A stretch of 49,734 nucleotides of DNA. Source: Oscillospiraceae bacterium. GTDB lineage: Bacteria; Bacillota; Clostridia; Oscillospirales; Oscillospiraceae. The notes below the pieces were generated by a model that made no database searches, had not been told where the DNA came from, and worked only from the letters and a program-made list of their open reading frames with translations. Positions within the stretch are counted from its first letter, which is position 1. Each line of letters begins with the position of its first letter. Below, piece after piece: positions 23,548 to 33,211 of the stretch. Location: NCBI GenBank assembly GCA_015068365.1, contig SVKR01000035.1, positions 1 to 49,734 on the forward strand. Reading direction: 5' to 3'. A program made the position numbers and the translations under genes.

Positions 23548-24894
23548 TCAGGCCTCCGGGTTCCAGCGGAAGCAGAGCATGGTCATGTCGTCGAACTGGC
23601 TGTTGCCGTCGATAAAGGTGTCGATCGTGGATTTCACGTCGGAGAGAATCTGCGCCGGGGCGCTGGCGCTTTTGTCCGCAAAGCACTGCAGCAGCCGCTC
23701 CTCGCCGAAGAGCCGGTGGTTCCGGTCGTCGGCCTCGGTCACGCCGTCGGTGTATAAGTACAGAATGTCGCCGGGGAGGAGCTGCATGCTCTGCTCCCGG
23801 TATTTCACGTCCTCCATGCCGGCCAGGACGAAGCCGTTTTTGAAGCGGAGATACTGCCCGGCGTTGTCCCGCAGCAGCACCGGCGGGTTGTGCCCGGCGC
23901 TGACGAAGCGCAGCGCGCCGCTGCCCAGATCCAGGATGCCCACCCACAGCGTCACGAACATCTCCGCCTCGTTGCGGGCGCAGAGGATGTTGTTCGCCGC
24001 CTCGATCGCCGTGGTGAGGTCGGGGATGTCGCGGATGCAGTTTTGCAGGGTGATCTTCGCCGACGCCATGAAGATCGCGGCGGGGACGCCCTTGCCGGAA
24101 ACGTCGCCGATCAGGAAAGCCAGATGGGTGGGGTCCACGTAAAACAGGTCGTAGAAATCGCCGCCGACGGTCTTTGCCGCCTCCATGGAGGCGCTGACGA
24201 CCAGCGATTTGCTGCCGGGATAGTCCTCGCTGATGGTGGGCAGGAGCGAATGCTGGATGACGTTCGCCACCTCCAGCTCCGACTGCAAGCGGCTGCGCTC
24301 CAGCGCCAGGTCGCGCTGGTGTTCCATATAGGTCATGATGACGATCATCAGCGCAAAGCCCAGGGCGTTGACCAGGATGAAGGGCAGCGCGATCTGCTTC
24401 ACGATGTCCAGCGCGGTCTCAAACGGGCGGACCATCAGCAGCACCAGGCCCAGGTGGAAGGCCTCCATCAGCGCGCTGAGCAGCAGGGCGAAGCCGGGCT
24501 TCGTGACCTGGCTGCGCCATTTGCTGGACACAAAGCCGCAGATGAGGCCGATGCAGCAGGTCGCCACCACGCAGGCCCGCGCCGTGATGCCGCCCATCGT
24601 CAGCCGGTGGACGCCGGCGATCAGCCCGGCGATCAGGCCGCCCAGCGGCCCGCCGGAAAAGCCCGCCAGCATGGGGCCGATGTCCCGCACGGAGACCACC
24701 GCGCCGTTCACGTCAAAGCCGGAGATGTTGCCGTAGATGCCGAAAACGCCGCCCAGAAGGCCGACAATGACGGAATACTTCCAGCGCTTGCCGGCCGTGA
24801 ACAGCTTGGCCAGGCTGTCGCTGCTGCTGATAAACGCCGCCACGACCAGCATCACGGCCACCGTGCCGATCATTCTTGAAAACAACATGCTCAT
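23548..24894 (-). CDS. PP2C/SpoIIE-family Ser/Thr phosphatase with N-terminal 5TM LytS-type sensor domain
   Basis: The N-terminal polytopic region is glycine-rich, as in 5TMR-LYT. The C-terminal part has GGDFYD, GDVSGKGVPAAIFMA, GHNPPVLL and LYLYTDGVTEA. Confidence 0.8.
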   Translation of the reverse strand: MSMLFSRMIGTVAVMLVVAAFISSSDSLAKLFTAGKRWKYSVIVGLLGGVFGIYGNISGFDVNGAVVSVRDIGPMLAGFSGGPLGGLIAGLIAGVHRLTMGGITARACVVATCCIGLICGFVSSKWRSQVTKPGFALLLSALMEAFHLGLVLLMVRPFETALDIVKQIALPFILVNALGFALMIVIMTYMEHQRDLALERSRLQSELEVANVIQHSLLPTISEDYPGSKSLVVSASMEAAKTVGGDFYDLFYVDPTHLAFLIGDVSGKGVPAAIFMASAKITLQNCIRDIPDLTTAIEAANNILCARNEAEMFVTLWVGILDLGSGALRFVSAGHNPPVLLRDNAGQYLRFKNGFVLAGMEDVKYREQSMQLLPGDILYLYTDGVTEADDRNHRLFGEERLLQCFADKSASAPAQILSDVKSTIDTFIDGNSQFDDMTMLCFRWNPEA

Positions 24895-25093
24895 AGGGCA
24901 AACCCTCTTTATGTCGATAGTGACTGTATTTTACTATATCCAGGGAAAACATACAACGAAAAGATTGCATCTTTGGCACAGAACCTATTGTCATACGGGT
25001 ATGGGTGTGGTACAGTGAGAGCAGAAAATGAAAAAATCTGGAAGCATGCCGCCGCTTCCGGGTTTCAAATACAAATCAGAAAGGAAAATGCGT

Positions 25094-25468
25094 ATGAAAA
25101 TCACGGCGTTCAACCCTCTGATCCTGTCCCCCAACCAGGAAGCGGTCATTCAACTGTTTGAAGCACTCGGTTTTACCACCAGCCATTCCCTGAAGACCGA
25201 TGTGGACGGCTTCGGCCTCAACGTTGCCCGCATGAAAAACGAGGACGGCTTCCGCGTGGACATCGCGGACGTCAAGGCCGTTCCGCAGGATTTCTCGCTC
25301 ATCCGCATGAACGTGGATGACTTTGACGAGGCGTATGCGCTGCTCAAGGCGCACGGCTTCGTCAACCTCGCCGGAGAGGACAGCACCGCCGGCACCGGCA
25401 CCGCAAAGGCGGCGACCCTGGCCTCCCCGACCGGACTTCAGATCACGCTGATCGAGCACATCAAGTAA
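25094..25468 (+). CDS. VOC/glyoxalase-fold family protein
   Basis: I chose the ATG at 25094. Small beta-alpha-beta-beta-beta type sequence (..ALGF..HS..; ..AHGF..). The assignment is weak. Confidence 0.5.
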   Translation: MKITAFNPLILSPNQEAVIQLFEALGFTTSHSLKTDVDGFGLNVARMKNEDGFRVDIADVKAVPQDFSLIRMNVDDFDEAYALLKAHGFVNLAGEDSTAGTGTAKAATLASPTGLQITLIEHIK

Positions 25469-25513
25469 GCGCGACAGGGCCCCGGCGGCAATGTCGAGGC
25501 AATCCACCAAAAA

Positions 25514-25542
25514 AGACAGCCCCATCTGGGGCTGTCTTTTTT
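25514..25542. terminator. Bidirectional intrinsic terminator
   Basis: AAAAAAGACAGCCCC / GGGGCTGTCTTTTTT. Confidence 0.75.
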
Positions 25543-25788
25543 GGAAGAAGGTTGCTATCTTAACAAGGATATCCAAATCGTTAGTTTTCACCATCTACGA
25601 AAAACGTTTTTTATCGTGGCTACCCAATTTCATAGAAAGCAGGCTGAATCACCTTCCGAAAACCTGAGTTATATGATGTATTCAGGAGCAACCTGGAGTT
25701 GCGAAAAATGCAGATTCAGGTTGGTGGAAGTTTTCAGAATATAACAATATAACTGGATGAAGAGTTGGCTTTAGGCACTGTACGGATT

Positions 25789-26199
25789 TCACTGATTGGA
25801 ATTAATCTGATTGTTTCGCTTGAAAAAATGATTTGCTGCCGCAACATATGCAATCAGGCCAAGTATTGAAAGACTAAATCCGATTGTCCAGTATACGATG
25901 CTCAGGTGGCTCGTGGTTCCATAGATTTCAAGGATACCCTGAAAAATACTCCCTGCTGTCAAAGTGGCAAGTCCTGAGTTATATAAACACTGTGCCAAGA
26001 TGCCCGGTTTCTTACTTCGCTGACTACCCGACAGAAGACTGTATGGCAGCACTCCGCCAAAGAGTGGGATCAAAAAGGCGAAAATGAGGAAACGGGAATA
26101 AACCTGGTGACTGAACAATTCATAAATTGCCGCAAAAGCTGCAACGCCAACGGTCGCGCCAAGAAAAGCATTTCGTGTTCTGGATAAAACTCTGTTCAT
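25789..26199 (-). CDS. Hypothetical 4-TM membrane protein (low-GC islet)
   Basis: ATG at 26199, 5 nt after AAGGAGG. Four hydrophobic segments and AT-rich codon usage unlike the neighbouring genes. Confidence 0.55.
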   Translation of the reverse strand: MNRVLSRTRNAFLGATVGVAAFAAIYELFSHQVYSRFLIFAFLIPLFGGVLPYSLLSGSQRSKKPGILAQCLYNSGLATLTAGSIFQGILEIYGTTSHLSIVYWTIGFSLSILGLIAYVAAANHFFKRNNQINSNQ

Positions 26200-26209
26200 A
26201 ATGTCCTCC

Positions 26210-27130
26210 TTAATACCCAATGTAAACAATGTCTGTTACGGCGCGTTCCCCGTTGTTGTGCCCACTTGTGGGATTATTGATTACCTCATCGAGAAACACC
26301 ATTGTTGAGGATCCACCGCCGTCCAGATTATAGGCATACTGTACGCCGAGACGCTGCATGAAGAGTGCCAATTCTTTGAGAGTCAGCCCTTCGCTCTCGT
26401 TGCTGCGCCCATCTGAAACCACAAACACATAGTGGTTCTCATCCAGAATTCCGATTGCCGTCCGAGGATTGCTGGCCTTTGCTCGATCCACCTCATCGTC
26501 TGCGTCGACGCTGATTTCACCATCTTCAATCAGTCCGGGGCCAAAAGAGAAAACATGTACCGCACCGCTGTCAATCAGTTCCTGTGCGCTTATCTCGGAT
26601 TCGTTGATGACTTCAAAGCTTCCGTCTGCATAGATTACAAGATCTTCCTGTCCCTTTGAGGCCGTGTCACGGTAAAGCACGCCATTTCGAATCACATAAC
26701 CTTTTTCTCGCGAACCGTAATTATCGCCGTTGATGGCAAGGATGGCATCAACGTTTGCAGCCGTGTCTGAAGTTGCGGCGGTCACGTTTCGGCCGTAGCT
26801 GTTTCGGGAGAGTGCAGTCTTCAGCAATTCCGGTGAATCGACCTGAATGTCTGCCACATAAACAGTCGTATCGTTTTCGTAATAGGTGCTAAGAGAGATG
26901 CTCATATTTTCATCGCGGTACGCTGTTTCGTCACTCTCTGCTACTTCAACTGACAAAGATTGAGGTGTGGCTGCAGTTTCAACTGCCGCGGTGTTTGTAC
27001 CGCTGTTTGTACTCTGTTCAACAGAACTGTAAACTCGCGTTATAACAAAAGTATCCAAAAGAGCATAGGCGGAAAATGCTATAAGTGCGAAAGTGAAAAC
27101 AAGCGTATAGAGTTTACCGAATCGCTTCAT
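26210..27130 (-). CDS. Phosphodiester glycosidase (NAGPA/DUF2233) family protein with signal anchor
   Basis: ATG at 27130 after GGAGTGAG. N-terminal TM, then AINGDNYG, PRTAIG and YNLDGGGSSTMVF motifs. Confidence 0.75.
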   Translation of the reverse strand: MKRFGKLYTLVFTFALIAFSAYALLDTFVITRVYSSVEQSTNSGTNTAAVETAATPQSLSVEVAESDETAYRDENMSISLSTYYENDTTVYVADIQVDSPELLKTALSRNSYGRNVTAATSDTAANVDAILAINGDNYGSREKGYVIRNGVLYRDTASKGQEDLVIYADGSFEVINESEISAQELIDSGAVHVFSFGPGLIEDGEISVDADDEVDRAKASNPRTAIGILDENHYVFVVSDGRSNESEGLTLKELALFMQRLGVQYAYNLDGGGSSTMVFLDEVINNPTSGHNNGERAVTDIVYIGY

Positions 27131-27376
27131 ATAACTCACTCCAATCATTAGGAATGAGTTTAGGATACATATGCAACCTTAACATAGGCTTAAAACGGTT
27201 TTGAACAAACAGTAAACTTGGTGTGTTATGGTAATGTTCTTACATTCATTCGGATGTTTTATCTAACAATAAAACACTGAGCTAAAAGTGCGCAAAAAGG
27301 TGGGACACCCCCGTTATTCACGGGGATGCCCCATGCTTTGCGCCGCTATGCGATATCCATAGACGACGTCTTAATT

Positions 27377-27723
27377 TGGTGGAGGCGAGGGGAGTCGAAC
27401 CCCTGTCCGAAAGCACTTCCTCGGGACCTTCTCCGGGCGCAGACGATTCTTTACATTCCCTCCTCCGGCCGTGAGTCGTCACACTGTCGGATTCAGTAGC
27501 TTCATGATGCATGGTGCGCGCAAAGCTTAGCGCACGCACGTTCTCCGCTGATCGACGCCCCATCCCGGGCCGCGGAACTCCCGGGTGGGACGGCCGCTAA
27601 TTAAGCAGCGGCAAGAACAGTACGATTGTTGTTCTTTAATTTATAATTGCCCGTTTTAAGGATGCCAGGCGCATCCGCCCGCTGATCCCGGCTCCACACC
27701 CCCGTCGAAACCGAAACGCCCCC
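27377..27723 (-). ncRNA. ssrA: tmRNA (SsrA)
   Basis: On the minus strand, the 5' end reads GGGGGCGTTTCGGTTTCGACGGGGGTG and the 3' end GGACAGGGGTTCGACTCCCCTCGCCTCCACCA. The internal tag frame GGC AAT TAT AAA TTA AAG AAC AAC AAT CGT ACT GTT CTT GCC GCT GCT TAA gives ..NNNRTVLAAA. Confidence 0.92.
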
Positions 27724-27731
27724 GTGTTCCG

Positions 27732-27762
27732 CCCGGAAGCGGCTTGATGCGCCGCTTCCGGG
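27732..27762 (-). terminator. GC-rich hairpin between ppiB and ssrA
   Basis: CCCGGAAGCGGC / GCCGCTTCCGGG. There is no clear T-run, so it may be a terminator or a processing structure. Confidence 0.4.
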
Positions 27763-27786
27763 CACTTGTACGGATTTAGGGATAAC

Positions 27787-28302
27787 TCAGACCTTGACCG
27801 GCTCGGGGTAGTCGGTGCCGAAACAGTCGACCGTGACCTTTTTCATGACCTGGGGGGTCTCGGGCCGGTCGTTATAATCGCACTTCACCTTGGCGATGGC
27901 GTCCACCACCTCCAGCCCCTCGATGACCTTGCCGAAGGCGGCATACTGGTTGTCCAGGTGCGGCGCAGCATCGTGCATGATGAAAAACTGGCTGCCGGCG
28001 CTGTTGGGCATCATGGTGCGGGCCATGGACAGCACGCCGCGCTTGTGGCGCAGCTCGTTTTTGAAGCCGTTGCCGGTGAACTCGCCCTTGATGGAATAGC
28101 CCGGGCCGCCCATGCCGGTGCCCTCCGGGTCACCGCCCTGGATCATAAAGCCGGGGATGACGCGGTGGAAGATGACGCCGTCATAAAAGCCCTTTTTGAC
28201 CAGAGAAATGAAGTTGTTGACGGTATTGGGCGCGATTTCGGGATACAGCTCCGCTTTGATGACACCGCCGTTTTCCATTTCAATGGTGACGACTGGATTC
28301 AT
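27787..28302 (-). CDS. ppiB: Cyclophilin-type peptidyl-prolyl cis-trans isomerase
   Basis: FHRVIPGFMIQGGDP, SMARTMMPNSAGSQFFI and HLDNQYAAFGKV. Confidence 0.92.
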   Translation of the reverse strand: MNPVVTIEMENGGVIKAELYPEIAPNTVNNFISLVKKGFYDGVIFHRVIPGFMIQGGDPEGTGMGGPGYSIKGEFTGNGFKNELRHKRGVLSMARTMMPNSAGSQFFIMHDAAPHLDNQYAAFGKVIEGLEVVDAIAKVKCDYNDRPETPQVMKKVTVDCFGTDYPEPVKV

Positions 28303-28320
28303 GCTATGTTCCTCCTTGCT

Positions 28321-28782
28321 TCATCTGTTCTTCATTTGGCGGTCGATGTCGCGGTCAGCCTGGCGCTTGGCGTCGGCATCCCGCTTGTCGTACAGCTTCT
28401 TGCCCTTGCACAGGCCCACCTCCACCTTCACGCGGCTGTCCTTGAAATAGACGGACAGGGGCACCAGGGCCACGCCCTCCTGCATCACCTTGGCGTTGAG
28501 CTTCAGGATCTCCTTCTTGTGCATCAGAAGCCGCCGGATGCGGTCCGGGTCCCGGTTGAAGATGTTGCCCTTTTCGTAGGGGCTGATGTGCATGCCGCGG
28601 ACGAAAAGCTCGCCGTTTTTGATGGTGCAGTAGGCGTCCTTGAGGTTCAGCGTGCCGGCGCGGATGGACTTGACCTCCGTGCCGCTCAGCTCGATGCCCG
28701 CCTCGTAGCGGTCCAGGACGAAGTAGTCATGGAACGCCTTGCGGTTTGCCGCCGCCTGTTTGATTCCGGTCTGCCTGGGCAT
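28321..28782 (-). CDS. smpB: SsrA-binding protein SmpB
   Basis: I chose the ATG at 28782. NRKAFHDYF, AGIEL.GTEVKS.R and RRLLMHKKEI. Confidence 0.92.
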   Translation of the reverse strand: MPRQTGIKQAAANRKAFHDYFVLDRYEAGIELSGTEVKSIRAGTLNLKDAYCTIKNGELFVRGMHISPYEKGNIFNRDPDRIRRLLMHKKEILKLNAKVMQEGVALVPLSVYFKDSRVKVEVGLCKGKKLYDKRDADAKRQADRDIDRQMKNR

Positions 28783-28850
28783 CGGTCCGACGCCTCCTTT
28801 CGCCATACTGCTCAAATGAATTATACCACAACGGCGAAAGAAAAAAAGGT

Positions 28851-29102
28851 CTAATCTTTGAAATATTTGTGAATAAAGGGCAGGGCATACTCCGCCAGGC
28901 GCGCGTCGCAGCGCACCTCACGCAGGATCAGCAGCGTGCCGCCCCGGCCGCTGAAGACGTCCGCCGCCGCCCCAGCCCAGACGGGCGCGCCGCAGCGGCG
29001 CCGCGCCAGGGCCAGAATCTGCCCGGCGGCGCCCGCCGTCAGTCCGACGCCGCTGGGCAGCAGGACGGTCACGCAGCGCCCGGCGGGGAGGGGAGAATCC
29101 AT
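28851..29102 (-). CDS. Hypothetical 83-aa protein
   Basis: GC3-rich codon usage consistent with coding and a weak GGTGA RBS. I recognise no family. Confidence 0.35.
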   Translation of the reverse strand: MDSPLPAGRCVTVLLPSGVGLTAGAAGQILALARRRCGAPVWAGAAADVFSGRGGTLLILREVRCDARLAEYALPFIHKYFKD

Positions 29103-29227
29103 CTATGTATCACCTCGCCCACCATTATATCTGCACCGCGCTTTGCGTTCCAGTGAAAAGATATGGCAATTCCGGGAATATTGTGTTATAGTTTAACTTT
29201 AGAATACTATGCACTGGAGCTTTTGCC

Positions 29228-29770
29228 ATGGATTATACGGAAAAAACGCTGAGTTGTGAGGAGAAATACCGGGGCAAGATCATCTATGTCCACCGGGACA
29301 CGGTGCGCCTGCCCGACGGGGCCGAGGCCGTGCGCGAGGTGGTGGAGCACAGCGGCGGCGTGGGCGTCATCCCCGTGGACGAAAACGGCGACGTGTGGTG
29401 CGTGCGCCAGTTCCGCTATCCCTTCGCAGCGCACCTGCTGGAGATCCCCGCCGGGAAGCTGGAGCCGGGCGAGGCGCCGCTGGAGTGCGCCGTGCGGGAG
29501 CTGAGCGAGGAGACCGGCTTCACCGCCGCACACTACACCGACCTGGGGCGGCTGTACCCCTCGCCGGGCTATTGCCGGGAGACGCTGTACATCTACATGG
29601 CCACCGGGCTGACCCGGGGGCAGGCCCATCTGGACAAGGGCGAATTCCTGGACGTGGAGAAGCACAGCCTGGACGAGCTTTACCGCATGGCGATGGCCGG
29701 CGATCTGCCCGACGCCAAGACCGCCATGGCGGTCATCAAGGCCTGGCTGCTGCAAAGGGGAAAGGACTGA
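29228..29770 (+). CDS. NUDIX hydrolase (ADP-ribose pyrophosphatase-like)
   Basis: Nudix box GKLEPGEAPLECAVRELSEETGF. Confidence 0.85.
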   Translation: MDYTEKTLSCEEKYRGKIIYVHRDTVRLPDGAEAVREVVEHSGGVGVIPVDENGDVWCVRQFRYPFAAHLLEIPAGKLEPGEAPLECAVRELSEETGFTAAHYTDLGRLYPSPGYCRETLYIYMATGLTRGQAHLDKGEFLDVEKHSLDELYRMAMAGDLPDAKTAMAVIKAWLLQRGKD

Positions 29771-29774
29771 GAAC

Positions 29775-30473
29775 ATGGGCAAAAAGGTTTTGATCGTGGA
29801 CGATGAAAAGGCCATCGTCGACATTCTGGATTACAATCTGCGCAAATCGGACTATGAGACCATCTGCGCCTACGACGGCAATGAGGGGCTGCGCATGGCG
29901 CGGGAGGAAAACCCCGATCTGATGCTGCTGGACGTGATGCTGCCGGGCATGGACGGCTTCGCCGTCTGCCGTACGCTGCGCAGCGAGGGCAGCGACCTGC
30001 CCATCATCATGATCACCGCCCGCGAGGAGGAGACCGACAAGGTCTTCGGCCTGGAAAACGGCGCCGACGACTATATCACCAAGCCCTTTTCCATGCGGGA
30101 GCTTCTGGCCCGGGTGCGGGCCAATATGCGCCGCAGCGCCGCGGCGCCCGCCGCTCCGGCGGAGGCGGAGGGCGACGTGCTGACGATCCGGGCGCTGCGC
30201 ATCGACCTGGGGCGCCACACCGTGTCGAAAAACGGCGCGGAGCTGGACCTGACCCAGCGGGAGTATGAGCTGGTGAAGTTCCTGGCCCAGAACCCCGGCA
30301 AGATCGTCTCGCGCCAGGAGCTGATGAGCGAGGTGTGGCAGTATGAATACTTCGGCGATCTGCGGGCCGTGGACGTGGCGGTGCGCCGCCTGCGCGAAAA
30401 GCTGGAGGACAACCCCGCCGAGCCGGAGTATGTGCTGACCAAGCGCGGCGTGGGCTATTATCTGGCGGAGTGA
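29775..30473 (+). CDS. OmpR-family response regulator (WalR/YycF-like)
   Basis: Receiver domain (VLIVDDE, LMLLDVMLPGMDG, KPF) plus a winged-helix output domain (LTQREYELVKFL, RGVGY). Confidence 0.9.
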   Translation: MGKKVLIVDDEKAIVDILDYNLRKSDYETICAYDGNEGLRMAREENPDLMLLDVMLPGMDGFAVCRTLRSEGSDLPIIMITAREEETDKVFGLENGADDYITKPFSMRELLARVRANMRRSAAAPAAPAEAEGDVLTIRALRIDLGRHTVSKNGAELDLTQREYELVKFLAQNPGKIVSRQELMSEVWQYEYFGDLRAVDVAVRRLREKLEDNPAEPEYVLTKRGVGYYLAE

Positions 30474-30504
30474 AGCGTATCCTTAGATTCGGGAGTGGCC
30501 AAGC

Positions 30505-31953
30505 ATGACCAAGAGCATCTATACAAAACTGGTTGCGATCTTCCTGGTGCTGATCCTGGCCCTGATGGCCGTGGTGGGCGCCTTCCTGATGCGCGGCGTG
30601 CGGAACTTTTACATCAATCAGTTCTACACCCAGATGCAGGAGGCCTTTTCCGGCGCGGTCATGGCCGGCGACCTGCGCGCCGCGGCGGACGAGCCGGACG
30701 CGGCTGCGCGCATGGCGGACATTCTGCGCGCCAACTCCGGCCAGCTGGGCATCAGCGCCGGCACCCGCAACTATTTCATCCTGGACGGGGAGAGCGGGGC
30801 CTATCTCACCGGCTCTGACCCGGCCATGGGCGCGCATCTGGCCGTCACCCGCAACATTCTGACCGCCATGAGCGGCAGCGAGGGCTACGCCTCCAACAGC
30901 GGCGACGACTATATGGACGTCGCCCTGCCCATCCGGGGGGAGAGCGGCAGCTATATCATCTACATCATCGACAACAAGGACACGGTGACGGATCTGAACG
31001 CGGAGCTGTTCCGCATCATCTCTGAGGCGCTGGCCATCGGATTGCTGATCGCCGTGCTGCTGAGCCTGCTGCTGGCAAAGACCATGGTGACCCCCATCCA
31101 GAGCCTGACCCGCGCCGCGGAGAAGGTGGCCGCCGGGGACTTTTCCGAGTCCGTGGAGAACGATTCACGCGATGAGATCGGCGTGCTGACCCGCACCTTC
31201 AACGACATGGCGGGCCAGCTGGAGAGCAACATCGAGGATCTGAAAAACGCCGAGCAGATGCGGAAAGAATTCGTGGCCAACGTCTCCCACGAGCTGCGCA
31301 CCCCCGTCACCAGCATCCGCAGCTATGCCGAGACCCTCTGCGACGCCGGCGAGAGCATGGACCCCGCCACCGAGCAGCGCTTTCTGGAGGTCATCCTGGG
31401 CGAGAGCGACCGGATGACCAAGATCGTGCAGGATCTGCTGACCCTTTCAAAGTTCGATGCCGGCAGCATCGACTTCGACTTCGGCCAGTTTTCCTTTGAA
31501 AAGTCCGTTCAGGACGTGTACAACGCCCAGGTGCTGGAGGCGCAGAAGCACCACCACAACTTCGGCCTGGAGTTTGAAAGCGAGCTGCCGCTGATCCGGG
31601 GCGACCGGGCCAGAATCGAGCAGGTGCTCATCAACATGCTCTCCAACGCCATCAAATACACCCCCGACGGCGGGCGCATCCGCATGACCGCCGGGGCGAA
31701 GGACGACAGCGTGTGGTGCACGGTGCGCGACAACGGCATCGGCATCCCGAAAAACGACCTCTCCCATGTGTTCGAGCGCTTTTACCGCGTGGACAAGGCC
31801 CGCTCGCGCGAGTCCGGCGGCACGGGATTGGGGCTTTCCATCGCCTATGAGATCGTCCAGCGCCACGACGGCAAAATGGAGATCCACAGCCAGAAGGGGA
31901 AGGGCACCGCCATCACGGTGACCCTGCCCGTGGGAGGGCCGGCCCATGACTAA
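30505..31953 (+). CDS. Sensor histidine kinase (2 TM, extracytoplasmic loop, HAMP, HisKA, HATPase_c)
   Basis: H-box FVANVSHELRTP, N-box LSNAIKYTP, and DNGIGIP / GGTGLGLSI. Confidence 0.9.
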   Translation: MTKSIYTKLVAIFLVLILALMAVVGAFLMRGVRNFYINQFYTQMQEAFSGAVMAGDLRAAADEPDAAARMADILRANSGQLGISAGTRNYFILDGESGAYLTGSDPAMGAHLAVTRNILTAMSGSEGYASNSGDDYMDVALPIRGESGSYIIYIIDNKDTVTDLNAELFRIISEALAIGLLIAVLLSLLLAKTMVTPIQSLTRAAEKVAAGDFSESVENDSRDEIGVLTRTFNDMAGQLESNIEDLKNAEQMRKEFVANVSHELRTPVTSIRSYAETLCDAGESMDPATEQRFLEVILGESDRMTKIVQDLLTLSKFDAGSIDFDFGQFSFEKSVQDVYNAQVLEAQKHHHNFGLEFESELPLIRGDRARIEQVLINMLSNAIKYTPDGGRIRMTAGAKDDSVWCTVRDNGIGIPKNDLSHVFERFYRVDKARSRESGGTGLGLSIAYEIVQRHDGKMEIHSQKGKGTAITVTLPVGGPAHD

Positions 31954-33211
31954 GCAGCGACTGCGCGACTGGGGCAGGCGGGCGCTGATCGTGCTGCTGC
32001 TGGTCTCGGCGCTGCTGCTGCTGCGCCGCACCGGGTACGCTTCCGGCATCCGCCAGATGCTGTCCGGTGCGCAGCAGGGCAGCGAGCAGACCGAGGCGCT
32101 GCCCGGCGACATGGCCGGTGCCGACATCACCGTGCTGCCCCTGGCCGTGACCGTCTGCGCCGGGGAGAGCGCCGGGCGCTTCGGCGCGGCCTTTGACGAG
32201 ACGGCGGGCGAGGTGTTCCGCCGCTTTTCCCTGGAGCTGGGCGAGGCCTTGGGCAGCGCCGACAGCCCCGCGCCGATGACAGCGGAGGACCTTCACGCGG
32301 CCATGAGCACCTGCGGCGTCTGCTTCCGCTTCGCCACGCCGCTGCCGCTGCAGCTTCTGGCCGGCTGGCTTGGCACGGACATGAGCGGCGGCGCCACCGC
32401 GCACAGCGCCGTCCTGGTATGCCTGAGCGCCACGGAGACGGAGACCGTTCTGAGCTATCAGACGCCGGAGGGTGATACCTACCGCTGCGCCACCGCCGCG
32501 AAGCCCGACGGACTGCGGACGAAAACGGCGGAGTATCCCCCCAATGATGCCATCTATTCCTGGGAGAGCGAAGCCCTCGGCGAAGGTGAGAGCTTGCTGC
32601 TGCCCCAGGCGCCCGTGTGCGCGGACACGAAAAGCGCCGTGGTGCTGCCGGCGGGCACGGAGCGGGACGCGCTGCTGCGCGCCGTGGGCATGAACAGCTT
32701 CGTCGCCAGCTCCTACACCGAATCCGACGGCACCGTGGTCTATGTCAACGAGGAGACCACGCTGCGCCTCAACCCGACGGGGACCGTGTTCTTCCGCCGG
32801 GCAGCCAGCCCGGAGGGGCGCACGGAGGGGACGCTGCGCGCCGCGGTGAACAGCGCCTGGCGTGTCGCCGAGGGCAGCATCGGCCTTTATTGCGGCGACG
32901 GCAGGCTGTACTTCTCCGGGGCGGAATACAACGAGTCCCAACAGACCTGTACCGTGCTGCTGGATTACATGGTCCGGGGCATCCCGGTGCGCCTTGCCGA
33001 CGGGCACGCGGCGGAGATCGTTTTGCGGGGCGAGGGCGTCATCCAGGCGCGGCTGCAGTACCGGCAGTTCCAGTGCGCCGAGACGCAGACGGAGCTTCTG
33101 CCCTATCTGCAGGCCGCTGCCATTGCCGCAGCGCGCGGCAGGACGGCGGAGATCGTCTGCGTTGACGCCGGAGACGCCACGCAGTGTATGTGGGTGATTG
33201 CAGATGGATAG
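31946..33211 (+). CDS. Membrane-anchored extracytoplasmic protein at the YycH (WalH) position
   Basis: Overlaps the kinase stop by 8 nt, with a single N-terminal TM. The assignment rests only on operon position and topology. Confidence 0.4.
   Translation: MTKQRLRDWGRRALIVLLLVSALLLLRRTGYASGIRQMLSGAQQGSEQTEALPGDMAGADITVLPLAVTVCAGESAGRFGAAFDETAGEVFRRFSLELGEALGSADSPAPMTAEDLHAAMSTCGVCFRFATPLPLQLLAGWLGTDMSGGATAHSAVLVCLSATETETVLSYQTPEGDTYRCATAAKPDGLRTKTAEYPPNDAIYSWESEALGEGESLLLPQAPVCADTKSAVVLPAGTERDALLRAVGMNSFVASSYTESDGTVVYVNEETTLRLNPTGTVFFRRAASPEGRTEGTLRAAVNSAWRVAEGSIGLYCGDGRLYFSGAEYNESQQTCTVLLDYMVRGIPVRLADGHAAEIVLRGEGVIQARLQYRQFQCAETQTELLPYLQAAAIAAARGRTAEIVCVDAGDATQCMWVIADG

Noticed and set aside
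25711-25735. TTGGTGGAAG as the attR copy of the tmRNA 3' end
   Set aside because: It matches only 9 of 10 nt. It also lies ~180 bp inside the AT-rich zone rather than at its edge. That is too short to call and is mentioned only as a lead.
27318-27563. 81-aa ORF on the minus strand
   Set aside because: It lies inside the tmRNA gene. The tRNA-like ends and tag frame explain the sequence.
27766-28854. 362-aa + strand ORF
   Set aside because: It is antisense to the ppiB and smpB genes, both of which have textbook motifs.
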